Assembly: GCA_963752475.1 (NCBI GenBank)
Contig: CAVVYR010000006.1
Location: 192,001 to 256,000 of the forward strand
Reading direction: 5' to 3'
Origin: an uncultured Chloroflexia bacterium
GTDB taxonomy: Bacteria > Chloroflexota > Limnocylindria > Limnocylindrales > CSP1-4
Length of the DNA: 64,000 nt
The notes below the pieces were generated by a model. That model was not told the origin of the DNA and made no database searches. It worked only from the letters and a program-made list of their open reading frames with translations. The position numbers and the translations under genes were made by a program. Below, one piece after another: positions 50,036 through 60,962 of the stretch (the first letter of the stretch is position 1; every line of letters begins with the position of its first letter).

Positions 50036-51456
50036 GCCTCGCTGCTCGCCAGGCGCTCCATGGCGGCGTCGAGCTCGGCGTGGACACGGTCGGGGGCGGT
50101 CCCGCCGATGACGTCTGGCCGCGCCAGTGCGTTCTCGAGCTTGGCCGCCGTGCGTAGCTCTCCGGCGACCTCCGGATCCGAAGCGGCGCGCTGGGCCAGG
50201 GGATCGGCAGAGGAGGACAGGACCTCGGCGATGTCGCGATCCGACAGCTCGGTCAACTCCATCTTCGCGGCCTCCGCGCGCGCGACCAGCGAGCCCACGA
50301 TGTGATGGCCCTCGCGGAAGGGCACGCCCAGCTCCACGAGTGCGTCCGCGACGGCCGTGGCGGTGGTGTGGCCGGTGCTCGCCGCGGCCAGCATGCGGGC
50401 TTCATCGACGTGCAGCGTGGCCACCATGCCGGCCATCACGTCGAGCGATGACTCGAGCGTGGCCAGCGCGTCGACGAGGGGCGGCTTGTCCTCCTGCAGG
50501 TCGCGCTGATAGCCACCGGGGATGCCCTTGAGCATCGTGAGCACAGTGACCAGCTGGCCGCTGACGCGAGCGGTGCGGCCGCGGATGAGCTCGGCCGGGT
50601 CGGGGTTTCGCTTGTTGGGCATCATCGATGAGCCGGTGGACCAGGCGTCGTCGGGCCGGATGAAGCCGAAGTTGGGGTTGGTCCACCACACGATCTCCTC
50701 GGCCAGTCGCGAGAGGTGGGCCATGGTCAGGGCGGCGGCGCCGATGGTCTCGACGACCGGATCACGGTCGCCGACCGCGTCGATGGAGTTGTGCGTCACG
50801 CCCTCGAAGCCGAGTGACGCGGCCGTGGACTCACGGTCGAGCCGGAAGCCGGCGCCGGCCAGGGCCCCGGATCCCAGCGGCGAGAGCGAGGCCCGGCGGA
50901 GCGCGTCGGCGAAACGCCCGCGGTCACGCTCGAGCATCTCGACATAGGCCAGCAGGTGGTGGGCGAAGAGGACCGGTTGAGCCGGCTGCACGTGCGTGTG
51001 GCCCGGCATGATCGCGTCGCGATGGTCGTCAGCGAGCCCCACGAGCGCCCGCTCGAGCCCCACGATCGAGCCGTCGATGTCGCCGATCCGGCGGCGCAGG
51101 TAGAGCCGCAGGTCGGTCGCGACCTGGTCGTTGCGCGAGCGACCGGTGTGAAGCTTGCCCGCCACGGGCCCGATACGGCGGGTCAGCTCCATCTCCACGT
51201 TCATGTGGATGTCTTCGTGGGCCGGATCCCACTCGATGGCGCCGTCGCGCACATCGGCCTCGATGGCACGGAGGCCGTCGGCGATGGCCTGGGTCTCCTC
51301 TGGCGTCAGCAGGCCGGCCCGCTGCAGGCCCTCGACATGGGCGATCGAGCCGGCGATGTCTTCGTTCGCCAGCTCGACATCGACCTCGATGGAGCGCCCG
51401 AAGTCGGCCGCGTTCGCATCCGGTTCCGCTGCGAAGCGGCCACCCCAGGCCTTCAT
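50029..51456 (-). CDS. argH: Argininosuccinate lyase
   Basis: WGGRF, EDIH, LHTGRSRNDQ, STGSSMMPNKRNPD, DLQEDK. Confidence 0.96.
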   Translation of the reverse strand: MKAWGGRFAAEPDANAADFGRSIEVDVELANEDIAGSIAHVEGLQRAGLLTPEETQAIADGLRAIEADVRDGAIEWDPAHEDIHMNVEMELTRRIGPVAGKLHTGRSRNDQVATDLRLYLRRRIGDIDGSIVGLERALVGLADDHRDAIMPGHTHVQPAQPVLFAHHLLAYVEMLERDRGRFADALRRASLSPLGSGALAGAGFRLDRESTAASLGFEGVTHNSIDAVGDRDPVVETIGAAALTMAHLSRLAEEIVWWTNPNFGFIRPDDAWSTGSSMMPNKRNPDPAELIRGRTARVSGQLVTVLTMLKGIPGGYQRDLQEDKPPLVDALATLESSLDVMAGMVATLHVDEARMLAAASTGHTTATAVADALVELGVPFREGHHIVGSLVARAEAAKMELTELSDRDIAEVLSSSADPLAQRAASDPEVAGELRTAAKLENALARPDVIGGTAPDRVHAELDAAMERLASSEAQ

Positions 51457-51459
51457 CGG

Positions 51460-52716
51460 CTAGGCCTTGGCGTCGGCCAGCTCGACGGGGAGCTCGCCCA
51501 ACATCGGCTCGGTCCAGGTCCAGGCCAATTCGTGACGGGCGGCCTCGGTCCGCAGCGGCAGACCGAAGATCTTGATGAAGCCGACAGCAGCGGCATGGTC
51601 GTAGGCATCATCCGCATCGTACGTCGCGAGGGTGCGGTCATACAGCGAGTCGTCACTGCGGCGACCGACGACGTAGGCGTTGCCCTTCTCCAGGCGCATG
51701 CGCACCTGGCCGTTGACCACGCGCTGGCTCGAGCGCACGTACTCCCGCAGGTCGCGATGGAGGGCGCTGAACCAGATGCCGTCGTACGTGGCCTGGGCCG
51801 TCTCGTCGGCCACGAGCCGGTTGAAGCGCAGTTGCTCCTTGCTGAAGGTCAGGCCCTCGAGCGAGGCATGCGCGGTGTGCAGGATGGTGGCCGCGGGGGT
51901 CTCGTAGATCTCACGGCTCTTGATGCCCACCAGGCGGTCTTCGACGTGGTCGATGCGGCCGACGCCGTGCACCCCTCCGATGTCGTGCACGCGCTGCACC
52001 AGCTCGACCGGGCCGAGGGCCTCACCATCGAGCGAGACGGGCACACCACCCTCGAAGCCGATGGTCAGCTCGGTCGGGATGTCGGGAGCGTCACCCGGAG
52101 CGACGGTCCACTCGTAGGCGTCGGCCGGCGGCGTCGTCCACGGATCCTCGAGCACGCCGGTCTCACAGGAGCGGCCCCAGAGGTTGACATCGATGGAGTA
52201 CGGCGACTCCTTGGTGATGGGGATGTCGATGCCGCGCGCGATGGCGTAGTCGATCTCCTCGTCGCGCGAGAGGCCCATGCCCACGCGCATCGGGGCCACG
52301 ACCTCGAGGCTGGGATCCAATGCGTGAACGGCTACGTCGAAGCGGACCTGGTCGTTGCCCTTGCCGGTGCAGCCATGGGCCACCGCATCGCAGCGCTCGC
52401 GGTCGGCGACCTCGACGAGCAGTTGGGCGATGAGCGGGCGAGCGAGCGCCGTGGCCAGCGGGTACACGCCCTGGTAGAGCGCGTTCGCCTGCAGGCTGGG
52501 CCACACGAACTGGCGGATGAAACGGTCACGACCATCGATGACGTAGGCACGGCTGGCGCCAGCGGCCAGCGCGCGCTCGGCCACGCTCTCGCGCAGCGAC
52601 TCACCACCGAGGTCGACCGTCAGGGTCACGACCTCGGTGCCGTACTGCTCCTTGAGCCAGGCCACCGCGACCGATGTATCCAGCCCACCCGAATAGGCGA
52701 GCACGACCTTCTTCAC
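51460..52716 (-). CDS. argG: Argininosuccinate synthase
   Basis: KKVVLAYSGGLDTS, HGCTGKGNDQVRF, YSIDVNLWGRS, GIKSREIYE; GTG start with GGAGG RBS. Confidence 0.96.
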   Translation of the reverse strand: MKKVVLAYSGGLDTSVAVAWLKEQYGTEVVTLTVDLGGESLRESVAERALAAGASRAYVIDGRDRFIRQFVWPSLQANALYQGVYPLATALARPLIAQLLVEVADRERCDAVAHGCTGKGNDQVRFDVAVHALDPSLEVVAPMRVGMGLSRDEEIDYAIARGIDIPITKESPYSIDVNLWGRSCETGVLEDPWTTPPADAYEWTVAPGDAPDIPTELTIGFEGGVPVSLDGEALGPVELVQRVHDIGGVHGVGRIDHVEDRLVGIKSREIYETPAATILHTAHASLEGLTFSKEQLRFNRLVADETAQATYDGIWFSALHRDLREYVRSSQRVVNGQVRMRLEKGNAYVVGRRSDDSLYDRTLATYDADDAYDHAAAVGFIKIFGLPLRTEAARHELAWTWTEPMLGELPVELADAKA

Positions 52717-52818
52717 CTTGAACCTCCGAACCGGATCTGTTGGGCACGAAAGGCGCCCGACGCACGTCGGACGCCTCTTGATGTGCGGATCACACAGCGC
52801 AGTCGCGGCTCCCTGTCC

Positions 52819-52862
52819 TGCATTAACATGCGCGTGCTTGTGCAGTATTGCATAGTCATACA
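52819..52862. promoter_or_regulatory. Two ARG-box-like sites upstream of argG
   Basis: TGCATTAACATGCG (52819-52832) and TGCATAGTCATACA (52849-52862) resemble TGCATA-N3-ATGCA; AT-rich in a GC-rich genome; argR is in the window. Confidence 0.6.
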
Positions 52863-53062
52863 GTTGCTGCAGAGGCTCGATGCGATACGTAGCCCACTCC
52901 GGAGGCAGTGCCATGTGGACGGTCATGGACTGGTGTGGCCTGCGGGTACGCGTGGGCCCGGTGCGTCGGTGCACAGTCCCAGATCCGACTAGCGGTATCG
53001 GGCCACTACCCGTACGAGTGGGCTGGCGCTTGACTGGTGCTCAAGCCCGGTACGGAGAGTCC

Positions 53063-55534
53063 ATGTCCATCCTTCACTCCGAGCGCGACAAGCCGAGAGT
53101 GGTCGAGCAGGAGCCACCGCGGTCGGTCCGCTGGCGCCTATGGGCCGCCATGCTCGCGCTGGCCCTCGTGCCCACGATGGCCGGCATCTACCTCACTACC
53201 GCGCAACTGGACGCACCCGATGCGGTGCTCGAGGCCGAGCGTGCACGCGAGACGTCCGAGGCCGGTGCCGATCTCGTGGCGCGCCAGTCGGCCATCGAGG
53301 CCCGACTCCTGGCGGCCGCGTCGGATCCGTCGATCGCCCGGCTCGGCGATGGGGTCAAGGGTGGGTCGGAGAAGCGGGCCGCGTCCGCGCTCGCGAGCTC
53401 GATCCGTGCCGATGACGGCAAGATCATCACCGGGGCCTGCCTGGTGCGTTCCAGCGACGGCAAGCGTGTCCCGCTCACGTCCGGCGAGGCCGGCCTCGAT
53501 GCCTGTGCCGACGACCGGTTGCGCCAGGCGGCCCTCGAGGCTCGCAGCGGCATGGTCGTGCGCTACCGCCCCGGCGGCGACGGCTCATCAGGCCTGATCG
53601 TCGCGACACCTACGCGCTCCGACGGGCGCTTCCGCGGTGTCATCTCGGCCGAGATCGACACGGCGGCCCTCTTCGACCGGGCCCGCTCGCTGGGCGACGG
53701 CGCGATCACTTCGATGCTCGTGGACATGGGAGCGTCAGAGGTCGTCTCGTCGACCGCGAGCACGGGTCCGGCCGATGGCGCCACCGCGGCCGCGCCGGGA
53801 TCCGTGGTGCCCTACCTCGCCGACATCGTGGCCCAGTCAGTGATGGCCGAGCGAGAGCTGAGGGCCATGGGCCTGGCGCCGACGGTCGTCCCGCTGTGGA
53901 GCAACGGCGACGGCTCGCGCATGGGCCTTGTCCAGCTGTGGCCCTACAGCGGCGGCGAGTGGCCGCTCGAGATCCGGCTGGCCCTGATGGCCATGCTGGC
54001 CGGTGCCATCGTCGGGGTCATCTTCGTGGTCCGCTACTTCCTCGATCCCTTCGAGGAGATGGCCGACTCGCGCGCCGAGTTGCAGGCGCTCTACAGCGAG
54101 GCTCGCCACGACGCCCTCGCGGACGGTCTTACCGGGCTGGGCAACCACCGTGCCTTCCAGGAGGAGCTGGGCCACCAGATCTCGACCTTCGAGGACCGCG
54201 GTACGCCCTTCAGCCTCGTGCTCATGGACCTCGACGACCTCAAGATCGTGAACGACCGCGACGGTCATGCCGCCGGCGACGACATGCTGGTCTCGATGGC
54301 CGAGACGATGCGTGAGCTCGCCCGTCGCGATGACCTCCTCTACCGCACCGGTGGCGACGAGTTCGCGATGATCCTGCCTGCCGCGAACATCGACGAGGCC
54401 GCCGCCGTGGCCGAGCGCATCCTGCACTTCTGCAAGCGCCCGCCCAGCGGTGGTCGAGCCAGTCCCTTCTCGTCGGGTGTCTCCGGCGTGCCCTACTTCT
54501 CGCGCCAGCGCGACATCGTCTACCGCCAGGCGGACGCTGCGCTCTACTGGGCCAAGCGTCACGGCCGTGGTTCGGTCGAGGTCTTCGAACCTGAGCGCGA
54601 CCAGCTCCCCGACGAGCTCACCGACGCCACCGCCAACGCCATCGCAGAGGTCGTGACCGGCAAGCTGCTGCGACCGGTGTTCCAGCCCATCGTCAACCTG
54701 CGCAACGGCCGCATCATCGGCTTCGAGGGTCTCATCCGGCCCGCTCCCGAAAGCCCCCTGACCGATACCGGCCGGCTCTTCGCCGCCGCCGCGGCCGCCG
54801 GTCGCACGGTCGAGCTCGACCTCGCCTGTATCGAGGCTGTGGTCGACGGCGCTCGCGCTATCGGCCCCGACCGACTGCTCACGCTCAACCTCTCGCCACG
54901 CACGCTGGAGGTCAAGGACTTCGACCCGGCGTGGCTGCTGTCCGGCCTGGTGCGCAACGGCATCAGCCCCTCGCGCGTGATCATCGAGCTCACCGAACGC
55001 GAAGAGGTCGACGACCTGGGTCGCCTGCAACAGGTGTTCAATCTGCTGCAGCAGTACGGGCTGCGCATCGCGGCCGACGACGTCGGTGCCGGCAACTCCG
55101 GCCTGCGGCTGTTGAGCCAGGTGCAGTTCGACATCGTCAAGATCGACCTGGCGCTGGTGCAGAGCGGCGTGCGCCGCATGGGTGCGCGGGCCGTGCTGCA
55201 GTCACTGCGGGACCTGGCGCTGAGCCAGAACGTGCGCATGATCGCCGAGGGTGTCGAGACTGCGAAGCAGCTGTCGGTCATCCGTGAGCTCGACATCGGC
55301 GCGGCCCAGGGCTTCCTGCTCGGACGCCCGGACGCCTCGGTGGACAAGACGTTCGTGGACGTGCGCCAGCTCGAAAGTGGCGTGGTCGTGCCGCGAGAGG
55401 CGCACCCGGTCATCGCTCCACCGCCCGCCGGCGCGGTCGATGCCGAGGAGATGGAGGCCATCGAGGACGAGCGGCGCTCGGTCTTCCTGCCTCCGGCGAA
55501 GCAGGTCTTCGAAACGAAGCTCGGTCCGGCCTAG
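53063..55534 (+). CDS. Membrane-anchored GGDEF-EAL protein (c-di-GMP metabolism)
   Basis: Two TM segments flanking a sensor domain; DGLTGLGN, RTGGDEF; FQPI, EGL, DDVGAG, KID, AEGVET. Confidence 0.92.
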   Translation: MSILHSERDKPRVVEQEPPRSVRWRLWAAMLALALVPTMAGIYLTTAQLDAPDAVLEAERARETSEAGADLVARQSAIEARLLAAASDPSIARLGDGVKGGSEKRAASALASSIRADDGKIITGACLVRSSDGKRVPLTSGEAGLDACADDRLRQAALEARSGMVVRYRPGGDGSSGLIVATPTRSDGRFRGVISAEIDTAALFDRARSLGDGAITSMLVDMGASEVVSSTASTGPADGATAAAPGSVVPYLADIVAQSVMAERELRAMGLAPTVVPLWSNGDGSRMGLVQLWPYSGGEWPLEIRLALMAMLAGAIVGVIFVVRYFLDPFEEMADSRAELQALYSEARHDALADGLTGLGNHRAFQEELGHQISTFEDRGTPFSLVLMDLDDLKIVNDRDGHAAGDDMLVSMAETMRELARRDDLLYRTGGDEFAMILPAANIDEAAAVAERILHFCKRPPSGGRASPFSSGVSGVPYFSRQRDIVYRQADAALYWAKRHGRGSVEVFEPERDQLPDELTDATANAIAEVVTGKLLRPVFQPIVNLRNGRIIGFEGLIRPAPESPLTDTGRLFAAAAAAGRTVELDLACIEAVVDGARAIGPDRLLTLNLSPRTLEVKDFDPAWLLSGLVRNGISPSRVIIELTEREEVDDLGRLQQVFNLLQQYGLRIAADDVGAGNSGLRLLSQVQFDIVKIDLALVQSGVRRMGARAVLQSLRDLALSQNVRMIAEGVETAKQLSVIRELDIGAAQGFLLGRPDASVDKTFVDVRQLESGVVVPREAHPVIAPPPAGAVDAEEMEAIEDERRSVFLPPAKQVFETKLGPA

Positions 55535-56295
55535 AGGCGGAAGGCGGTGCCGGCGCCTTCGTGCAGTGCGCGATGCAGCGCGCCCAGGGTGCGCCCGTCG
55601 GCGATGACCGATCTTTCCGCGAGCGAGCTTGCACGCAGCGCGCGCAGGGCGGAGCCGACCTTGGGCACCATGCCGCCGGCGATGACGCCCTCGTCGATGA
55701 GGCGCGAGGCCTCGGCCGGCGTGAGCTCCGGGATGCGCTCGCCGTCGGCACCACGGACGCCGTCGGTGTCGGTCAGGAGCACGAGCTCCCCGCCGAGCGA
55801 GGCGCTGACCGCGGCCGCCGCATCGTCGGCGTTGACGTTGCAGATGCGGCCGTCCGGATCGAGGCCCATGGGCGTGACCACCGGCAGGTAGCCAGCGTCA
55901 AGGAGTGCGCGTAGGACCGAGGCATCCGCGACCGGCTCGCTGATGACGCGATCCAGCCCTTCGGCGCGAGGGCCGCGGATCATGCCGGCGTCGATGCCAC
56001 GCGCGCCCACGGCCTTGCCACCGAGCGCCAACAGCGCCTCGGTCAACTCGGCGTTGATGACGCCGCTGATGACTGCGAGGAAGACCTCCAGCGTGGCCTC
56101 GTCGGTGACGCGACGCCCCTGGTTCCACTGGCTTTCGACGCCCAGGCGCTCGAGCCACTCGGTCAGCCGCTTGCCGCCGCCGTGGACGACGACGACCGGA
56201 CGGGCGATGCGCTCTTCCACGACCTCGCGCAGCACGTCCTGTTGCTCGACGATGGTCGTGCCCCCGAGCTTGACCGTGACCGGCGTGACGCTCAC
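55531..56295 (-). CDS. argB: Acetylglutamate kinase
   Basis: VKLGG, VVHGGG, RVTD, NVNADDAA, LTDTDGV, GGMVPK. Confidence 0.92.
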   Translation of the reverse strand: MSVTPVTVKLGGTTIVEQQDVLREVVEERIARPVVVVHGGGKRLTEWLERLGVESQWNQGRRVTDEATLEVFLAVISGVINAELTEALLALGGKAVGARGIDAGMIRGPRAEGLDRVISEPVADASVLRALLDAGYLPVVTPMGLDPDGRICNVNADDAAAAVSASLGGELVLLTDTDGVRGADGERIPELTPAEASRLIDEGVIAGGMVPKVGSALRALRASSLAERSVIADGRTLGALHRALHEGAGTAFRL

Positions 56296-57644
56296 GTGGA
56301 GTACTCCGAGTTCTCGATGACGTACTCCTGCGTCAGGTCGCAGCCGAAGGCCTCGCCGAAGCCGGTGCCCACCCCAAGGTCGACGCGGATGGTGACCTCG
56401 CCGCTCTTCATCCGCTCCGACAGCGCAGTCTCGTCGTACTCGAGCGGGACGCCGGCGAAGACCGGCGTGCCCTCGATATCGATCTGCAGCGAGTCAGGAT
56501 CGAGTTCCACGGGCTGACCGGCGCGTGCCGCCGCAGCCTCGGTCGTGAGTCCGGCGGCCTCGAGCGTCGTGGCCGGGGCGACGATCGCGTTGCCCACGGC
56601 CATGGCGATGCGGCCCCAGTTGGGGTCGGCCCCGTGCACCGCCGCCTTGAGCAGGTCGCTCGAAACGACCGCTCGAGCCGCAGCACGCGCGGCGGCATCG
56701 TCGGCGCCACCGCTGACGGCGCAGGTGATGAGCGTGGCCGCACCCTCGCCGTCGGCTGCCTGCTGGCGTGCCAGCGAGCGGGCCACGGCCTCGACGGCCT
56801 GCTCGAGGGTGGCCAGGGCCTCGGGGTCCTCATCGACCGGCGAGGCACCGGCCGCGCCGGAGGCTACGAGCAGCACCGTGTCATTGGTGGACTGGTCGCC
56901 ATCGACGCTGGTCTGGTTCCAGGTACGCGCCACGATCGGCCGCAGCATGCGGCTGAGCGTCTCGGGCCGCGCGTCGGCATCGGTGAGCACGAAGCTGAGC
57001 ATCGTGGCCATGTCGGGATGGATCATGCCCACGCCCTTGGCCACGCCGCTGACCGTCACCGGCACCTTGCCCCCCTCGGCGGTCGACAGCTCGACGGTGA
57101 CGCTGGCGGCCTTGGCCACCGAGTCGGTCGTGCGCATGGCCTCGGCCACGTCAGCGAAGGCTTCGTCGTCGGTGCGGAAGGAGCCGCTGATCGAGGTCAG
57201 CGCGTTGGCCACGCGCTCGACGGGCAGGCGAGTGCCGATGAGCCCGGTGGACATGGCGATGACGCGCTCAGGCTGAGTGCCGACGTGCGTCGCGAGGGTA
57301 GCCGCGAGGCTGCGCTGGTCGGCCAGACCAGCCTCTCCGGTGGCGGCGTTGGCACAGCCGGAGGTGCACATCATGGCGTCGACCCAGCCATAGCGGCCCT
57401 CGCCCTCTGGTGCGGTGGCCTCGAGATGGGCCTTGTTCATCCGTACCGGTGCTGCCGGCAGCCGGTTCGTGGTGAACGTGGCAGCGATGGCAGCCGGCCC
57501 GTGCTGCACCAACACCACCGCGAGGTCCGGCGCGACCGAGTCCTTGATGCCGGCGGTCGTGCCGAGGGCTTCGAAGCCGCGTGGCAGCCGAGCGACCTGC
57601 TCGGTCTCGGGCAGATGGGAGGGGAGCGGATCGAGTGGCCTCAC
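56292..57644 (-). CDS. argJ: Ornithine acetyltransferase / N-acetylglutamate synthase
   Basis: [56 protein letters not shown]; GTGA overlap with argC. Confidence 0.94.
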   Translation of the reverse strand: MRPLDPLPSHLPETEQVARLPRGFEALGTTAGIKDSVAPDLAVVLVQHGPAAIAATFTTNRLPAAPVRMNKAHLEATAPEGEGRYGWVDAMMCTSGCANAATGEAGLADQRSLAATLATHVGTQPERVIAMSTGLIGTRLPVERVANALTSISGSFRTDDEAFADVAEAMRTTDSVAKAASVTVELSTAEGGKVPVTVSGVAKGVGMIHPDMATMLSFVLTDADARPETLSRMLRPIVARTWNQTSVDGDQSTNDTVLLVASGAAGASPVDEDPEALATLEQAVEAVARSLARQQAADGEGAATLITCAVSGGADDAAARAAARAVVSSDLLKAAVHGADPNWGRIAMAVGNAIVAPATTLEAAGLTTEAAAARAGQPVELDPDSLQIDIEGTPVFAGVPLEYDETALSERMKSGEVTIRVDLGVGTGFGEAFGCDLTQEYVIENSEYST

Positions 57645-58738
57645 GGGACGATGGGCAACTGCTCGAGCCCGACCCACTCGGGCAGGCCGAAGACGATGTT
57701 GAAGGCCTGCACGGCCTGACCAGCGGCACCCTTCACCAGGTTGTCCTCGACCGAGATGGTGGTGATGCGTCCGGTGCGCTCGTCGTAGCGCGCGAAGACC
57801 CGCACGAAGTTCGAGCCGCGAACGTGGCCGGTGGCCGGCGGAGCATCCACGACCTCCACGAAGTACTCGTCCTCGTAGGCCTCGCGGTAGATCTCGCCGA
57901 TCTCGTCGTTCGTGACCGCGCGTGTCGGCCGCACGTGGCCGGCGGCGAGGATGCCCCGGTTCATGGGCACGAGGTGCGGCTGGAAGCCGACGGTCTCCCA
58001 GCCTGGGTTCGCCCCAGGCGAGGCGCCGGCATCGCGGATCTCCTGCACCAGCTCGGCGGTGTGGCGGTGGCCGGCCACGCCGTAGGCACTGACCGAGTCG
58101 TTGACCTCCGAGTACATCAGGCCGGCCTTGACCGAGCGGCCGGCACCCGAGACGCCGCTCTTGGCGTCGACGACGACATCGCCGATGAGCCCGGCTCGCG
58201 CCAGCGGGTACAGACCCATCATCGAGGTCGTGGGGTAGCAGCCGGGCGAGGCCACGAGGCGGACGTCAGCACCCTCGAGGGCCTGCAGCTCCGCGCGGTG
58301 CTGCTCGGGCAGGCCATAGACCGAAGTGGCCAGCAACTCCGGGAAGGGGTGCGTGTAGTCGTACCAGCGCTCGTACTCGGCGGGGTCCTTGAGGCGGTAG
58401 TCCGAGCCGAGGTCGATGACCGCGATGCCACGCTCGATGAAGTCAGGAACCAAGGCCGCGGAGGCGCCATGCGGCAGGGCCATGAAGACCGCGTCCATCT
58501 CCGGCAGCGAGGTCTCGATGAAGTGCCCGGTGCGCCCCAGCTGCGGCTGGCTCTCGGCCAGGGGCTGGTGGTCGCGGTCGCGGCCCTGCAAGCCGGCGAT
58601 ACGGACGTGGGGATGGCGCTCGAGCAGACGCACGAGCTCGCCGCCGGCGATGCCGGCAGCGCCGATGATGCCGACGCGGATGGTGGCACTGCCACCGACC
58701 GCAGGGCTGGCGGTACTAGGGTTGCTGGTCTCGGTCAT
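57641..58738 (-). CDS. argC: N-acetyl-gamma-glutamyl-phosphate reductase
   Basis: [46 protein letters not shown]. Confidence 0.95.
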   Translation of the reverse strand: MTETSNPSTASPAVGGSATIRVGIIGAAGIAGGELVRLLERHPHVRIAGLQGRDRDHQPLAESQPQLGRTGHFIETSLPEMDAVFMALPHGASAALVPDFIERGIAVIDLGSDYRLKDPAEYERWYDYTHPFPELLATSVYGLPEQHRAELQALEGADVRLVASPGCYPTTSMMGLYPLARAGLIGDVVVDAKSGVSGAGRSVKAGLMYSEVNDSVSAYGVAGHRHTAELVQEIRDAGASPGANPGWETVGFQPHLVPMNRGILAAGHVRPTRAVTNDEIGEIYREAYEDEYFVEVVDAPPATGHVRGSNFVRVFARYDERTGRITTISVEDNLVKGAAGQAVQAFNIVFGLPEWVGLEQLPIVP

Positions 58739-58801
58739 GGTCGTCTGACGATACAGGAGCCGTGCCGGGCCCCGCGGCTATGGCATAGTCGGGCGCAGCC
58801 C

Positions 58802-59530
58802 ATGAGTACCCACGACGACGGCTCGCACAGCGAGCTCCCCGACCTTTCGATCCCCAGCGCCGGATCCGTGCTCACCGCCATCGAGGTGCGCGCGACGGAC
58901 GATGCCGACCTGACCGAGCTGCTCGTGCGCCTGCGCGAGGCCGGCGCCGACGTCGTCACCATCAACTCCTTCCCGGCCACCAAGAAGGGCGAGGACGACG
59001 TCATCACGCGCGTCTTCGACATCGAGCTGCGCGACGTCGGGCCGGTCGAAGCGCTGGAGGTGGCCGAGACCGTTCCCGGGGTCACCAGCGCCGGAGCCCG
59101 ACCGACCCTCGGCCAGGTCTTCGGCAAGCGAGTCATCGTCGTCGGCGGCGGGGCCCAGGTGGCCCAGGTCGCGCTCGGCGCCGTCTCGGAGAGCGATCGC
59201 CACAACCTGCGCGGCGAGCGCATCTCGGTCGACACCATGGCCCTCGTGGGCGAGGACGAGATCGCCGCTGCCGTACGCGCCGTGGCCGACCTGCCCCGTG
59301 CCCACATCCTGGTGCTGGCGGGTTCGCTCATGGGTGGTGAGATCACCAAGGCCGTGCGCGAGCTGCGCCACCGCGGCATCCCGGTGGTGGCGTTGTCGAT
59401 GGCCGGCTCCGTCTCGGCCGAGGCCGACCTCGTGGTCAGCGACCCGGTGCAGGCCGGCACGATGGCAGTGATGGCCATCGCCGATACCGCCCGCTTCGAT
59501 CTCGACAAGCTGCGAGGCCGCCGCTACTAG
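58802..59530 (+). CDS. ACT-domain protein of the DUF5612/COG2150 type
   Basis: [54 protein letters not shown] (recognised family motif). Confidence 0.75.
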   Translation: MSTHDDGSHSELPDLSIPSAGSVLTAIEVRATDDADLTELLVRLREAGADVVTINSFPATKKGEDDVITRVFDIELRDVGPVEALEVAETVPGVTSAGARPTLGQVFGKRVIVVGGGAQVAQVALGAVSESDRHNLRGERISVDTMALVGEDEIAAAVRAVADLPRAHILVLAGSLMGGEITKAVRELRHRGIPVVALSMAGSVSAEADLVVSDPVQAGTMAVMAIADTARFDLDKLRGRRY

Positions 59531-59596
59531 CCCGGCCCGCTCCGCCCCGTCGCGGGGCGCCGCACCGCGCCCGCCGGTGCCCGTATCCTTGCGCCC

Positions 59597-60884
59597 ATGA
59601 CCGACGACACCCGCACCATCCAGGAACGCTCGACCGCCACGCTCTCACCCATCCTCGGCCGCTACTACCAGCAGACCTGGGTGAAGGGCGAAGGCCACCG
59701 TCTCATCGACAGCGACGGGCGCGCCTATCTCGACTTCGCCAACGGCATCGCAGTGACCTCGCTGGGACACGCTCATCCCAGGGTCAATGCCGCCATCCAC
59801 GCGCAGGTCGACGAGCTTATCCATGTGTGCAACGGCCTGGGCCACCTCGATCCGGTCACGAGGCTTGCCGAGATGATCGTCGAAGAGCTGCCCGAGCCGC
59901 TCGACACGGTCTACTTCGGCAACAGCGGCACGGAGGTCGTGGATGGCGCCATGAAGATGGCGCGTCGGGCAACCGGTCGGACCCACATCATCGGTTTCGA
60001 AGGCGGCTTCCACGGGCGCACCTACGGCGCCACCAGCCTGACCAGCTCGAGCCTCAACTACCGCAGCGGCTACGATCCGCTCGTACCGGACGTCCACATC
60101 GCGCCCTTCCCCAATGCCTATCGGGATTTCGACGGTGACGAGGAGCGCGCCAGCGAGGTCTGCCTCGACCACCTCGAACGGCTCTTCCGTACGCAGATCC
60201 AGGCGGCGCGCACGGCCGCCTTCATCATCGAGCCGGTCCAGGGTGAGGGCGGCTACGTGCCCGCTCCGATCCCATTCCTGAAGGGACTCCGCGAGCTGGC
60301 CACCCGCCATGGCGTGTTGCTGATCATGGACGAGGTCCAGGCGGGCTACGGGCGCACCGGCAAGATGTGGGCCTTCGAGCACGCCGACATCGTGCCCGAC
60401 GTGGTGCTCGTGGCCAAGGCCATCGCCAACGGCATGCCTCTTGCCGCGCTGGTCTCGCCGCGAGAGCTGCAGGAGCGCTGGGGCCTGGGCGCTCACGGCT
60501 CGACCTACGGCGGCAACCCGGTCTCCTGTGCAGCCGGCATCGCCGTGCTCGAGGTCATTCGTGACGAGGGCCTCGTGGCCAACGCCGCCGCGCGTGGCGC
60601 TGAGCTGACCGCCGGCCTCAAGTCCCTCCAGGCCGAGGACGCCCGCATCGGCGACGTTCGCGGTCCGGGCCTGATGATCGGCGTCGAGATCGATCAAGGA
60701 TCCCGCGGCACCCGACGTCGCTCTCGGCAGCGCCCTGAGCAGCGCCTGTGCCGAGCGTGGCCTGCTGGTGCTCACCTGCGGTGCCGGCAACGTCGTGCGC
60801 TGGATCGCGCCACTCGACGTCGAGCGCTCCGAGATCGAGGAGGCTCTGGGCATCTTCCAGGAGGCGCTGCTCGCTACCAGCTAG
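59597..60884 (+). CDS. Class III PLP aminotransferase (ArgD/GabT-like); +1 frameshift near 60692
   Basis: YLDFANGIAV..LGH, NSGTE, FHGRT, IEPVQGEGG, DEVQAG.GRTG, AKAIANG, STYGGNP; C-terminus (GLLVLTCG..VVRWIAPL) in a shifted frame ending at TAG 60884. Confidence 0.85.
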
Positions 60885-60962
60885 ACCTTCCATCGAGCGC
60901 CGGCTCCGAGGGTGCCTTCCAGCGAGGATCGATGGCACAACGCTGGCTGACTCGATTGCGGA

